Shown one piece after another: positions 25,521 through 33,184 of a DNA stretch of 64,000 nucleotides (its first letter is position 1; each line of letters opens with the position of its first letter). The stretch is from a virus. The stretch lies in IMG/VR virus record IMGVR_UViG_3300025751_000003. One strand, given 5' to 3'. Both the position numbers and the translations under genes were made by a program. The notes beneath the pieces were generated by a model that worked only from the letters and a program-made list of their open reading frames with translations, was not told where the DNA came from and did no database searches.

Positions 25521-25751
25521 GCCTGCCCCAGGGTTGACGTGGGGGCCTGCCATGCTGTACGCGCGGGCGCGATCGTTTGTCTTTTGCTTTGCACGGCCCA
25601 GCAGTCAGCGGCCCCTACCATTGCTGACCGCCAAAAGCCCCTAGCTAGTGGGCCACCTCTGGCACTGGCCTAGTTGCCCTGGGCTTTGGCCCTTGTGCTT
25701 GGCAATATTTGAGGGCGCCAGCGATGGTGCAGCCCTCTCCTCTTCAATCCG

Positions 25752-25916
25752 ATGCAAGCCCTCTCCATCACTGCCAAGCTGGCCGTTGTTTTTGGCGGTT
25801 CTCTCCTGGCCCTTTTCACGGCCTCACTGGCCGTAGAGGATCAGCGGCACTTCATCGCATGCCGCGCCACGGGCGCCAGCGCTGACGCTTGCCTGCTGCA
25901 GATCGCAGGCCGCTGA
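25752..25916 (+). CDS. possible 54-aa TM protein
   Basis: Below the track cutoff (MQALSITAKLAVVFGGSLLALFTASLAVEDQRHFIACRATGASADACLLQIAGR). Confidence 0.3.
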   Translation: MQALSITAKLAVVFGGSLLALFTASLAVEDQRHFIACRATGASADACLLQIAGR

Positions 25917-25955
25917 TTCCCTACCCCCCCCGTCAACCACAACCACACCAAAGCC

Positions 25956-27473
25956 ATGCCCACCACCACCACCACCCCCGCCGGCCCCATCGCCTATCTG
26001 CAGGCCGTAGCCTCTGGCACCACCAAAGCCCAGGGCCTGAAGCGCCCGACCGTTGCAGCCCTGCAGCAGGCAGCCAAAGCCCTGGGCCTGCCCGACCGCA
26101 TCGACCACGCCCCCAGCGGCGGCTACCACGTCGGCACTGGCTGGAATATTGGCCCCTGTAGCAACCTGAAAGACGTGGCCGCGGCCCTACTGCGCAGTCA
26201 CGAGAACGCCTGGGCCGTTAAGCCTGCAGCCCAGGCCCTGCCCCCGAGCCATGCCGAGCGCGTGGCCGATGACATTCTGGCCGCTTTGGATGAGCTAAGC
26301 GCCCGATGGGAGGCCCAACCACAGCAGCAACCACAGCAGGCCCCCGCTGCCATCGTGCCCGCTGGCCCTACTGCCCGCAAGACGGCCCCCGCCGCTGTGC
26401 CCGATGACGTGAAGGCGCACCTAGCCCGCTTTGGCCTGGCCGTTGATGGCCTGCTGACAGTAGGGGCCTCAAACGCCAAGCTTGCAAAGGGCAAAGCCCT
26501 GGCCTGGCCCGTCATCCTGCACCACTTGCCCGCCAAAGCCCTGGCCCAGGCCGTGGCCGGCCCCAAAGCCGGCCCCACGGCCCCACGCTCCCGGATCGAC
26601 GGCCTGCAGGCCCTGGCCGAACGTGAGAACGTCCTAAGCCTGGCCTTGGCCCATAATGGCTGCCCCTGGGCCTCTGCTGGCTGTGCTGCTGGCTGCCTGG
26701 CCTGGGCTGGTCATGGCGGAATGTCCACCACTGTGGCCGCTGCCCGTGCCCGCCGCACCCTTGCCATGCTGGCCGATGGCCGTATATATGCCAGGGCCGT
26801 GCTTTGGGCCATCGCCCGAGCCTATCGGCAGGCCCAGACCAAAGGGCTGCCCCTGGCCGTCAGACTGCGCGGCACCGATGACAGCCCGGTTCACCTTTGG
26901 CGCTTTGACGTGACAGCAGCAGAGGCACAAAGCCTGGCCCGCCGTTACGGCCTGCCCGTGGCTCCTGGCCAGGGCCTCACCCTGCCAGAGGCCCTGGCCC
27001 TGGCCCCTGCCGGTGCTGTGCATCTCTACGAATATTCCAAAGCCCCCATCACTGGCCCCCACGGCCTGCAGGCCCAGGCCAGCGCTGGCTTTGACGTGAC
27101 AGCCTCGCTGGCAGCAGACCGGCCCCGTGGCATCGATCAAGCCCTGGCCGCTGTGGCCGCTGGGTTCCGCGTGGCCGTGCCCGCTGGCTTTGCAAAGGGC
27201 CAGCCCCTGCCAGAGGCCCTGATTCTGCGCAACGATGACGGCGGGGTGCGCCTGCTGTGCATCGACGGCGACACCACCGACCACCGATGGGCCGACCCTG
27301 CAGGGCCTCAGCCTGGGGGCTTTGACGGCGTGGCCGTCATCCTGCGCACAAAGCGCAGCAGGGGCAAAGGGCCAGAGGCTGACGCGTTCAGCCTCACCCC
27401 CCTGGTGGGAGCATGGCAGCCCCTGGCCGGTGGTGGCCAGGCAGCGTTCACCACCGTGAAATGGGAGGCCTGA
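25956..27473 (+). CDS. GC-rich 505-aa protein, C-terminal two-thirds GP88-like (function unknown)
   Basis: SNAKLAKGK..., CPWASAGCAAGCLAWAGHGG..AARARR, RLRGTDDSP, HLYEYSK and IDGDTTDHRWADP..VILRTKRSRGKG resemble the GP88 family as I recall it. The N-terminus is low complexity. Confidence 0.55.
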   Translation: MPTTTTTPAGPIAYLQAVASGTTKAQGLKRPTVAALQQAAKALGLPDRIDHAPSGGYHVGTGWNIGPCSNLKDVAAALLRSHENAWAVKPAAQALPPSHAERVADDILAALDELSARWEAQPQQQPQQAPAAIVPAGPTARKTAPAAVPDDVKAHLARFGLAVDGLLTVGASNAKLAKGKALAWPVILHHLPAKALAQAVAGPKAGPTAPRSRIDGLQALAERENVLSLALAHNGCPWASAGCAAGCLAWAGHGGMSTTVAAARARRTLAMLADGRIYARAVLWAIARAYRQAQTKGLPLAVRLRGTDDSPVHLWRFDVTAAEAQSLARRYGLPVAPGQGLTLPEALALAPAGAVHLYEYSKAPITGPHGLQAQASAGFDVTASLAADRPRGIDQALAAVAAGFRVAVPAGFAKGQPLPEALILRNDDGGVRLLCIDGDTTDHRWADPAGPQPGGFDGVAVILRTKRSRGKGPEADAFSLTPLVGAWQPLAGGGQAAFTTVKWEA

Positions 27474-27476
27474 CCA

Positions 27477-27608
27477 ATGCTGCCCCTACAGCCCCCGGCA
27501 TGGATGGAGAGGGAAGAGGCCCGAGCCGAATGGTTGGAAGCCCAGGGCCTGCCAGAGGATTGGCAGCCCGACCCAGAGGATCTAGAGCGATGGTGGGAGA
27601 TCGAATAG
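27477..27608 (+). CDS. possible 43-aa acidic peptide
   Basis: MLPLQPPAWMEREEARAEWLEAQGLPEDWQPDPEDLERWWEIE, starting 4 nt after the upstream stop. Confidence 0.3.
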   Translation: MLPLQPPAWMEREEARAEWLEAQGLPEDWQPDPEDLERWWEIE

Positions 27609-27644
27609 CAGCCCCTACCATGCCGGTCCCCATCCCGTCAACTC

Positions 27645-27677
27645 AGCCCCCAGGCAGCCCCTGGGGGCTTTGCTTTG
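27645..27677 (+). terminator. rho-independent terminator closing the GC-rich module
   Basis: AGCCCCCAGG-cagcc-CCTGGGGGCT followed by TTGCTTTG. Confidence 0.65.
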
Positions 27678-27817
27678 CCTGCTGGCCCCTGCCATGCCTG
27701 GCCCCCGCTTTGGCCCTGCTACGGGCCCACAGGCTGCCCGCTGACGCTGCCCCCGCTTTGCCTGCTGCTGCCTGAGCTTTGCTGGGCTGAGGGTATCACC
27801 CATCACTGGAACGGGGT

Positions 27818-27839
27818 TTTTCCACAGGTCTGTGGAAAA
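27818..27839. promoter_or_regulatory. inverted pair of DnaA-box-like 9-mers
   Basis: TTTTCCACAG-GT-CTGTGGAAAA is a perfect 22-bp palindrome containing TTTTCCACA on both strands. Confidence 0.6.
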
Positions 27840-28019
27840 CTCTTCACTGTAACGCTTTGTTTCAACGCTTGACGCACCGGCCGGTGCCATGCAAGAATAG
27901 CGAAGCAATGGTTGACATAGCGCGGTAACGTGGGGGTTTTGTGCCAAGCTTGTCGGGCTACCCCAAAACAAAGTGCCGCAATTTTTGATCAACTATTTTC
28001 CTTTATGCATACGCGCATA

Positions 28020-28541
28020 TCACAACTGAGAGCAGACTAGGTTCATTTTTGCTTTTGCAAGTGCGAGGCCAAGTTCGATTAGTTCTGTTTCGTTTGCGTC
28101 ATTTTTCAAGCAATTTGCTTTCCAAGAAATAATCCAAACATTGTCTTTTGTGTATCCTCTTGAGCTATCAATACGATCTAGCGATGGAGCGCAGGGATGA
28201 GCGTTACCTTGTTCTCCTGCTCCATAGTTAGTTTTCCAGCGAAAAGGAGCCCCGGTAATAGGACAATTATCGGTTACGAGGGAATATAGGAATTTGGAAT
28301 CAAGGTCAAATTCCCAGCCTTTAGTTTTTGCTCTATGTTTAGCCGCTGAGAGCATTTTTGCGATTCTTGATGCCACGGGATTTGCATTGCGAGCAAATGC
28401 CCGCGCGTTGTAGTTTCTGTTGTAACTGCTTTCACATGCTTTACATGCGGATCTGCGACCATCTTTAGCTCTGCTTCGACGAGTAAATAGTGAGAGCGGC
28501 TTTACGCGACCACATTTAGAGCAGGCCTTTGTTCCTTCCAT
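28020..28541 (-). CDS. HNH-type homing-endonuclease-like protein
   Basis: CSKCGRVKPLSLF..CKACE ribbon and APSLDRIDSSRGYTKDNVWIISWKANCLKND. It is a paralogue of 2307..2930. The start is taken at MEGTKAC, whereas the track extends to 28712. Confidence 0.6.
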   Translation of the reverse strand: MEGTKACSKCGRVKPLSLFTRRSRAKDGRRSACKACESSYNRNYNARAFARNANPVASRIAKMLSAAKHRAKTKGWEFDLDSKFLYSLVTDNCPITGAPFRWKTNYGAGEQGNAHPCAPSLDRIDSSRGYTKDNVWIISWKANCLKNDANETELIELGLALAKAKMNLVCSQL

Positions 28542-28699
28542 GGAAGGCAAATTAACTGGGCAAAGCATAGCCATGGCTCGTGAAAACGTAGTCTTGCTAT
28601 GGCGAACCAAGGCCCCAAAGGCCGCAGGTGAGCCATATGGCGAAGCTCCGTTCAGAACATTCACCAGACATTCCATTCCATTGTTATTTCCAGAACAAA

Positions 28700-28726
28700 G
28701 GGCGGTCCTCAAAGACCGCCCTTTTT
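28700..28726. terminator. hairpin terminator
   Basis: GGGCGGTC-ctcaaa-GACCGCCC followed by TTTTT. Confidence 0.55.
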
Positions 28727-29215
28727 AGTGCGAAGACCATTGTTTGCGTGTGTTTTTGCGTCACCCGCGCAGTTGCACGCATTTTCCCCTTGCATTCACC
28801 AGGCGTCCTGGAGCGACGCCGCTTTGAGGCGGCGTCTCAGGGCTGGAAGGACATTTGCCAGTCCTAGAAGGCTTGCGAGGGGCTTGGCGTCGAGAGCTTT
28901 GGGCTCTTCTGGAGCGCTCAGTGGCCGCTTTGGGGCGGCCCCTCGCTTAGTGCTGGATGCGATGGTCAGGCGTCGCTTCGTCGGCGAACCGTATCCTGAA
29001 CAGCAGTTGCACAATGCTTAGCATAACGTGAGCTGTGACCTAATTTTGGTATAGCGCTGATACCAAACAGGGCTTTTGATGCCATTTCTCATGAAAATCT
29101 TCAGCTTTTCTCCATTGTTTATGCTGAGATGCTGAAATAATCGTGAAAAGTGACAAGAAACACATGCCCTTCCATTGTTCTCTCTTTAGCGTGAAGAAAT
29201 ATCGCAGAGATCACC

Positions 29216-29404
29216 ATGTGGGACGATCTGCCAGAGCCCTTCATGGTCGGCTCAATCAAGCTATGGCCCGCCCATAGCCGCCCTGGCTATACGTGGTTCA
29301 TTGCTCACGAAGGTAAGCCTCATTACTTTCGCAGCAAGAATGAGGCAATGCTCTTCGCAAAGGACCGGCAGTCCATCGAAGATCCTGAAATGCTGTGTGA
29401 CTAG
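29216..29404 (+). CDS. hypothetical protein
   Basis: 62-aa ORF with a CACCATG context. A hairpin follows it. Confidence 0.5.
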   Translation: MWDDLPEPFMVGSIKLWPAHSRPGYTWFIAHEGKPHYFRSKNEAMLFAKDRQSIEDPEMLCD

Positions 29405-29455
29405 CGAAAGATTTGATTAAGGAGCCAGCAGACGTAGCTAAGCTGGTTCCGTTCA

Positions 29456-29485
29456 AGAGCCGCCTTTGAGGGCGGCTCTTTCGTC
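29456..29485 (+). terminator. hairpin terminator/attenuator ahead of the RNR gene
   Basis: AAGAGCCGCC-tttgag-GGCGGCTCTT followed by TCGTCTC. Confidence 0.5.
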
Positions 29486-29495
29486 TCAATCAAGG

Positions 29496-30917
29496 ATGAC
29501 AATGGCGGAGAAGATTGCCCGCACTGGACGGGTGCAAAGTTGGATGGATGATGCTGACGGGCGCCTCCCCGTGAGCTGCACAGTGTTCAACGTGCTTGAT
29601 TCAATGGAAGGCGAGGATGGCATTGAGGCTTCCTGGCGCTTTGTGAGTCATGGTCTGCGCAATGGCGCTGGCGTTGCCGTCCATTTATCTGATTTGCGGC
29701 CTAAGGGCGCTGAAAATGGCAAGGGCCTGGTGGCCAGTGGTCCGGTGAGCTTCGGCAAAATCTATTCCACATTGAATGAAATTCTGCGACGGGGCGGGCG
29801 ATACAAGAACGGTGCAATTGTTCTGCATATTGATTATTCGCACCCTGATGCGCTTGATTTCATCAAAGCATCGCGAAGTGAGCTGCCTTGGGTGAAGCGT
29901 TGCGTGAATGTTGATAAAGATTTTATGGAGAAGAGTTCTCCTGAATTGATTGATGCATTGCTGAAGGGAATTGCTTCAGGCGACATCTGGCTGAACAAAA
30001 TTCGTTATGACCAGCGTGGTGAGCGCATTCGTGCGAACGTCTGTCTGGAGGTTTATCTTCCGCATCGTGGCACTTGTCTGTTGCAGCACGTCAACATGGG
30101 CGCCTGCGCCATCGAAGACCTCGTAGGGGCTTTCAAGGAGGGCATGCTGCAGCTTTGTGAGCTGCATGCCGTGACGGGCGTTGGCGACACTGGAGAGTAT
30201 CTGCCTGCCGTTGTAGATCGTCAAGTGGGGCTTGGCATGCTGGGCCTGGCTAACTTCCTGGCGCAGGAGGGTATTTCCTATAAGGACTTCGGCCTGGCGC
30301 TGAAAGATGTGAACGATGGAAAGCCTGGGCCTATTACCAATGCTCGCACTGCTGCCATCGTTTTGAAGCAGGCAATCATGGAGGCCGCGGCCATTGCCCG
30401 TGAATACAACATGGACAGGGCATTTTGCATTGCTCCCACAGCATCGTGCTCCTATCGCTACCAGGATTTGCGTGGATTTACTACAACGCCTGAGATTGCT
30501 CCTCCTATTGCTCGTCACGTGGACCGCGATAGCGGCACATTTGGTGTGGAAAGCTTTGACTATGGCGATGTTGAGACGGCAGCAGATGTGGGCTGGGAAG
30601 ATTACAAACGTGTGGCTGATGAGCTGGTACGCATGTACCAAAATAGCGGCAATCTTTTCCATGGATATAGCTTCAATTCTTGGAGCGATGTTGTCGTTTA
30701 TGACGAAGCCTTCCTCAAGGATTGGCTAGCATCACCTCAGACGAGCCTCTACTATTCGCTGCAAGTTCTTCCAGACACGCAGCGTAAAGATGATGCCTAC
30801 GCGGCATTAGATGACGACTTTAAGAGCATGTTTGGTCTCGACGATGAGTCGGCGGCCAATCAGAGTTCTGCGTCTTGTGATTTAGAGGCCGGATTCTGTG
30901 CAGCTTGCGCAGAGTGA
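29496..30917 (+). CDS. ribonucleotide reductase catalytic (alpha) subunit, unusually short
   Basis: GAGVAVHLSDLRPKGA..SGPVSF, HPDALDFI, the NVCLEV catalytic Cys-Glu motif, APTASCSYR and a C-terminal Cys pair (CDLEAGFCAACAE). Confidence 0.8.
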   Translation: MTMAEKIARTGRVQSWMDDADGRLPVSCTVFNVLDSMEGEDGIEASWRFVSHGLRNGAGVAVHLSDLRPKGAENGKGLVASGPVSFGKIYSTLNEILRRGGRYKNGAIVLHIDYSHPDALDFIKASRSELPWVKRCVNVDKDFMEKSSPELIDALLKGIASGDIWLNKIRYDQRGERIRANVCLEVYLPHRGTCLLQHVNMGACAIEDLVGAFKEGMLQLCELHAVTGVGDTGEYLPAVVDRQVGLGMLGLANFLAQEGISYKDFGLALKDVNDGKPGPITNARTAAIVLKQAIMEAAAIAREYNMDRAFCIAPTASCSYRYQDLRGFTTTPEIAPPIARHVDRDSGTFGVESFDYGDVETAADVGWEDYKRVADELVRMYQNSGNLFHGYSFNSWSDVVVYDEAFLKDWLASPQTSLYYSLQVLPDTQRKDDAYAALDDDFKSMFGLDDESAANQSSASCDLEAGFCAACAE

Positions 30918-30923
30918 CTAATT

Positions 30924-30950
30924 AAAAAAGGGGGCCGGCGGCCCCCTTTC
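30924..30950 (+). terminator. hairpin between the RNR alpha and beta genes
   Basis: AAAAAA-GGGGGCC-ggc-GGCCCCC-TTT. Confidence 0.5.
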
Positions 30951-30976
30951 GTATCCACACTATTCCATCGTTTGAA

Positions 30977-31717
30977 ATGGCCACTGCCGAGAAAAGCCCC
31001 TATCTAGAGACAATTGCAAAGAAGCGGCCTTGGCAGGCCGTTCCTGTAAGCAGGAATGCCGTTGCTGAGGGCAGCGAGGCTACTTTGTTCAAGGCGCTGG
31101 CTTTGCGCCATCTAGAGCTGCCTGTAAAGGATTTCTTGGCGCAAGGGCTGGAGAAGGATTTGCCTTCCACCCCAGGCGTCGTAGAGGCTCTTCAGTCCAA
31201 CATGGAGGACGAAGAGCGCCACGATCAGGCTCTTAATTACATTGCCGCCGTCCATGGCGTAAATGAAAAGGCTGAGAGTGATGTGATGAACATCCTGAAA
31301 GTATGGAATGAGCATCCAGCTCATCCCGTCCACAAGGCGGCCATTCTTGAGCGCTCCGTGTTTTTCGTGGCGTTGCCGTTCTTCCGTCAAAACGGCGACG
31401 TGGGCATGCGCACTGTTTCTGCTGACATTAGCCGCGATGAGCGTGTTCACACTGCCATTCACGGCATGGTTGCAAAAGAGCTTGGCGAAGAGGATTCTCA
31501 AAGTCTGAATCGGCTTCGTGCCGCTACAGCGGCTTGGCTCTTTGAGGATCTTGGTCCAAGTGATAATCGGTGGCTTGACAAGGATTTCTGGATGAGGCAA
31601 TCCGAAAGTCTGTTCTTTACAGGCAAAGCTCCAGAGATGGTCGACACACGTCGCGCACGTCAAATCGCCTTCTTTGAAAGCTCAAACGTGGACCTGCCCA
31701 GCTACGGTCGGGAATAG
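30977..31717 (+). CDS. ferritin-like di-iron protein, probable divergent RNR beta subunit
   Basis: Two ExxH motifs (EDEERHDQAL, DERVHTAIHG), located directly after the alpha gene. Confidence 0.6.
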   Translation: MATAEKSPYLETIAKKRPWQAVPVSRNAVAEGSEATLFKALALRHLELPVKDFLAQGLEKDLPSTPGVVEALQSNMEDEERHDQALNYIAAVHGVNEKAESDVMNILKVWNEHPAHPVHKAAILERSVFFVALPFFRQNGDVGMRTVSADISRDERVHTAIHGMVAKELGEEDSQSLNRLRAATAAWLFEDLGPSDNRWLDKDFWMRQSESLFFTGKAPEMVDTRRARQIAFFESSNVDLPSYGRE

Positions 31718-31783
31718 TTTCAGTTCTAGCAAGGCGTTTGCCCAACCAAGGCGCTAGCATGATTGCTGGCGCTTTTTCTTTGA

Positions 31784-32284
31784 ATGAAACTGTGTGTTTG
31801 CTGCGGCATTGAGAAGGACTCTTCGCAGTTTTACAAGGAGAAGAGAGTGGCAGACGGTCTCACCGCCAGATGCAAGCAATGCACCAAGGAAAAGGCGGGA
31901 AACAGTTATAGAACCAGAAAGACAGAAGTATTGGCGCAGCGAAAGGCTCAGTACGACAAGCGAAGAGAAAAGGACAAGAAGTTGCGCAACACCTATGGAA
32001 TCACGCTTGAGCAATGGGAGGCAATGTTCAAAGCGCAGGGCAGTTGCTGTGCCATCTGCAAGTCGACTAGTCCAAATCACGGGAGCGGCCAATTTGTTGT
32101 TGACCATTGCCACGAATTCGGCCAAGTGCGCGGCATCTTGTGTGGCAAATGCAACATAATGTTGGGCCAGGCAGACGACAGTCACGACACATTGTTTGAA
32201 GCTGCCATGTACTTAGTTGCAAATTCCACTCCAGAGTCCATAGAAAAGCGCAAGCAAGCCCTACGGGCGGCGTTGGACCGCTAA
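31784..32284 (+). CDS. endonuclease VII-family (HNH-like) nuclease
   Basis: CAICKST...VVDHCHEFGQVRGILCGKCNIMLG is the Endonuclease_7 signature. The N-terminal Cys ribbon is shared with the two HNH paralogues. Confidence 0.8.
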   Translation: MKLCVCCGIEKDSSQFYKEKRVADGLTARCKQCTKEKAGNSYRTRKTEVLAQRKAQYDKRREKDKKLRNTYGITLEQWEAMFKAQGSCCAICKSTSPNHGSGQFVVDHCHEFGQVRGILCGKCNIMLGQADDSHDTLFEAAMYLVANSTPESIEKRKQALRAALDR

Positions 32285-32304
32285 TATTTTCAAGGTGTGA
32301 GGAG

Positions 32305-32340
32305 AAGGGGCGCCCCGCAAGGGCGCCCTTTGTCTTGTTT
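32305..32340 (+). terminator. rho-independent terminator
   Basis: GGGCGCC-loop-GGCGCCC followed by TTTGTCTTGTTT. Confidence 0.6.
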
Positions 32341-32865
32341 ATGGTCAATTGCTGGCTCATCTCAGATACGCACTTTGGCCATGAGAAGGCCTGTACGTTT
32401 CTGCGGCCTGATGGTGAGAAGCTACGTCCGTTTGACAATGCAGAAAAAGCAGACGAAGCAATGGTGGAAAAGTGGAACGCCGTTGTGAAGCCCAAAGACA
32501 GGATTTACCACTTAGGCGACGTAGCCATTCCGCGTAGGGGCCTGAAAGTATTGGAGCGCCTGAACGGGCGAAAGGTATTGGTGCGTGGCAATCATGACAT
32601 CTACAAGCTGTCAGATTATGCGCAATATTTTGATGACGTGAGGGGATGTTTTTATCACCATGAATTCATGCTGAGTCACATTCCATTGCACCCGGAGCTG
32701 TTTGAGCAGCGTTTCAGGGGTAACATTCACGGTCATCTACATTGTCACAACGTGAGGCTCCCTGGTGGGAGCCTAGATCGGCGCTATTTCAACACTTGCG
32801 TAGAGCAGAATAATTTTGCCCCTTTCCATTGGGACGAGGCTATGGCTTATTTCGACGGCGAATGA
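32341..32865 (+). CDS. metallophosphoesterase (calcineurin-like)
   Basis: WLISDTHFGHE, HLGD, RGNHD and GHLH motifs. Confidence 0.75.
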   Translation: MVNCWLISDTHFGHEKACTFLRPDGEKLRPFDNAEKADEAMVEKWNAVVKPKDRIYHLGDVAIPRRGLKVLERLNGRKVLVRGNHDIYKLSDYAQYFDDVRGCFYHHEFMLSHIPLHPELFEQRFRGNIHGHLHCHNVRLPGGSLDRRYFNTCVEQNNFAPFHWDEAMAYFDGE

Positions 32866-33101
32866 TTATGTGGCGGCTTTGGGCGAAAGCACTTGGCGAG
32901 AAGGCTGGAAAGAATAAAAAAGAAGCAGATGTTGTCGCTCTTATTAGAACTGTTGTACTGTTTTTGTACATGACCACCAATATTTTCATCATCGCAGGAG
33001 TTATTCGCCACTGGAACGACGTTGAATACACACTACCAGCGAGCGATCAGTTGCGCATAAAACAAAAAGAAGGGGAGCTAATGCTCCCCTTCTTGCTTTA
33101 A
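32862..33101 (+). CDS. small membrane protein
   Basis: ATGA overlap. TM segment VVALIRTVVLFLYMTTNIFIIAGVI. Confidence 0.5.
   Translation: MIMWRLWAKALGEKAGKNKKEADVVALIRTVVLFLYMTTNIFIIAGVIRHWNDVEYTLPASDQLRIKQKEGELMLPFLL
33068..33099 (+). terminator. terminator overlapping the end of the ORF
   Basis: AGAAGGGGAGC-taat-GCTCCCCTTCT followed by TGCTTT. Confidence 0.65.
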
Positions 33102-33184
33102 CGCTTAGACATACTGAACAGCGAGCGAACGCTGTGCTGAAATGATAAGCGTGTCAGCAACGGAATACTACCACGAGGGCAGTT

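Noticed and set aside
25094-27284. Minus-strand ORFs of 175, 126 and 216 aa, plus several plus-strand alternatives, in the GC-rich region.
   Set aside because: Long open frames are expected by chance at this G+C level. The translations are Arg/Gly/Pro/Ala-rich strings. The first lies over the repeat arrays and the others lie antisense to the 505-aa ORF.
28728-29021. 97-aa and 79-aa plus-strand ORFs upstream of the RNR cluster.
   Set aside because: The translations are Arg/Ala/Leu-rich (RRRLRAGRTFASPRRLARGLASRALG) and typical of GC-rich non-coding sequence. They overlap a series of hairpins.
28850-29215. A cobalamin or NrdR-type regulatory element ahead of the RNR genes.
   Set aside because: I could not find a B12-box-like core or paired 16-bp NrdR boxes by eye. 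Only generic hairpins and one short palindrome are present, so the region is reported as an unclassified structured region instead.
29976-31663. 228-aa and 183-aa minus-strand ORFs.
   Set aside because: They are antisense to the RNR alpha and beta genes and have no motifs.
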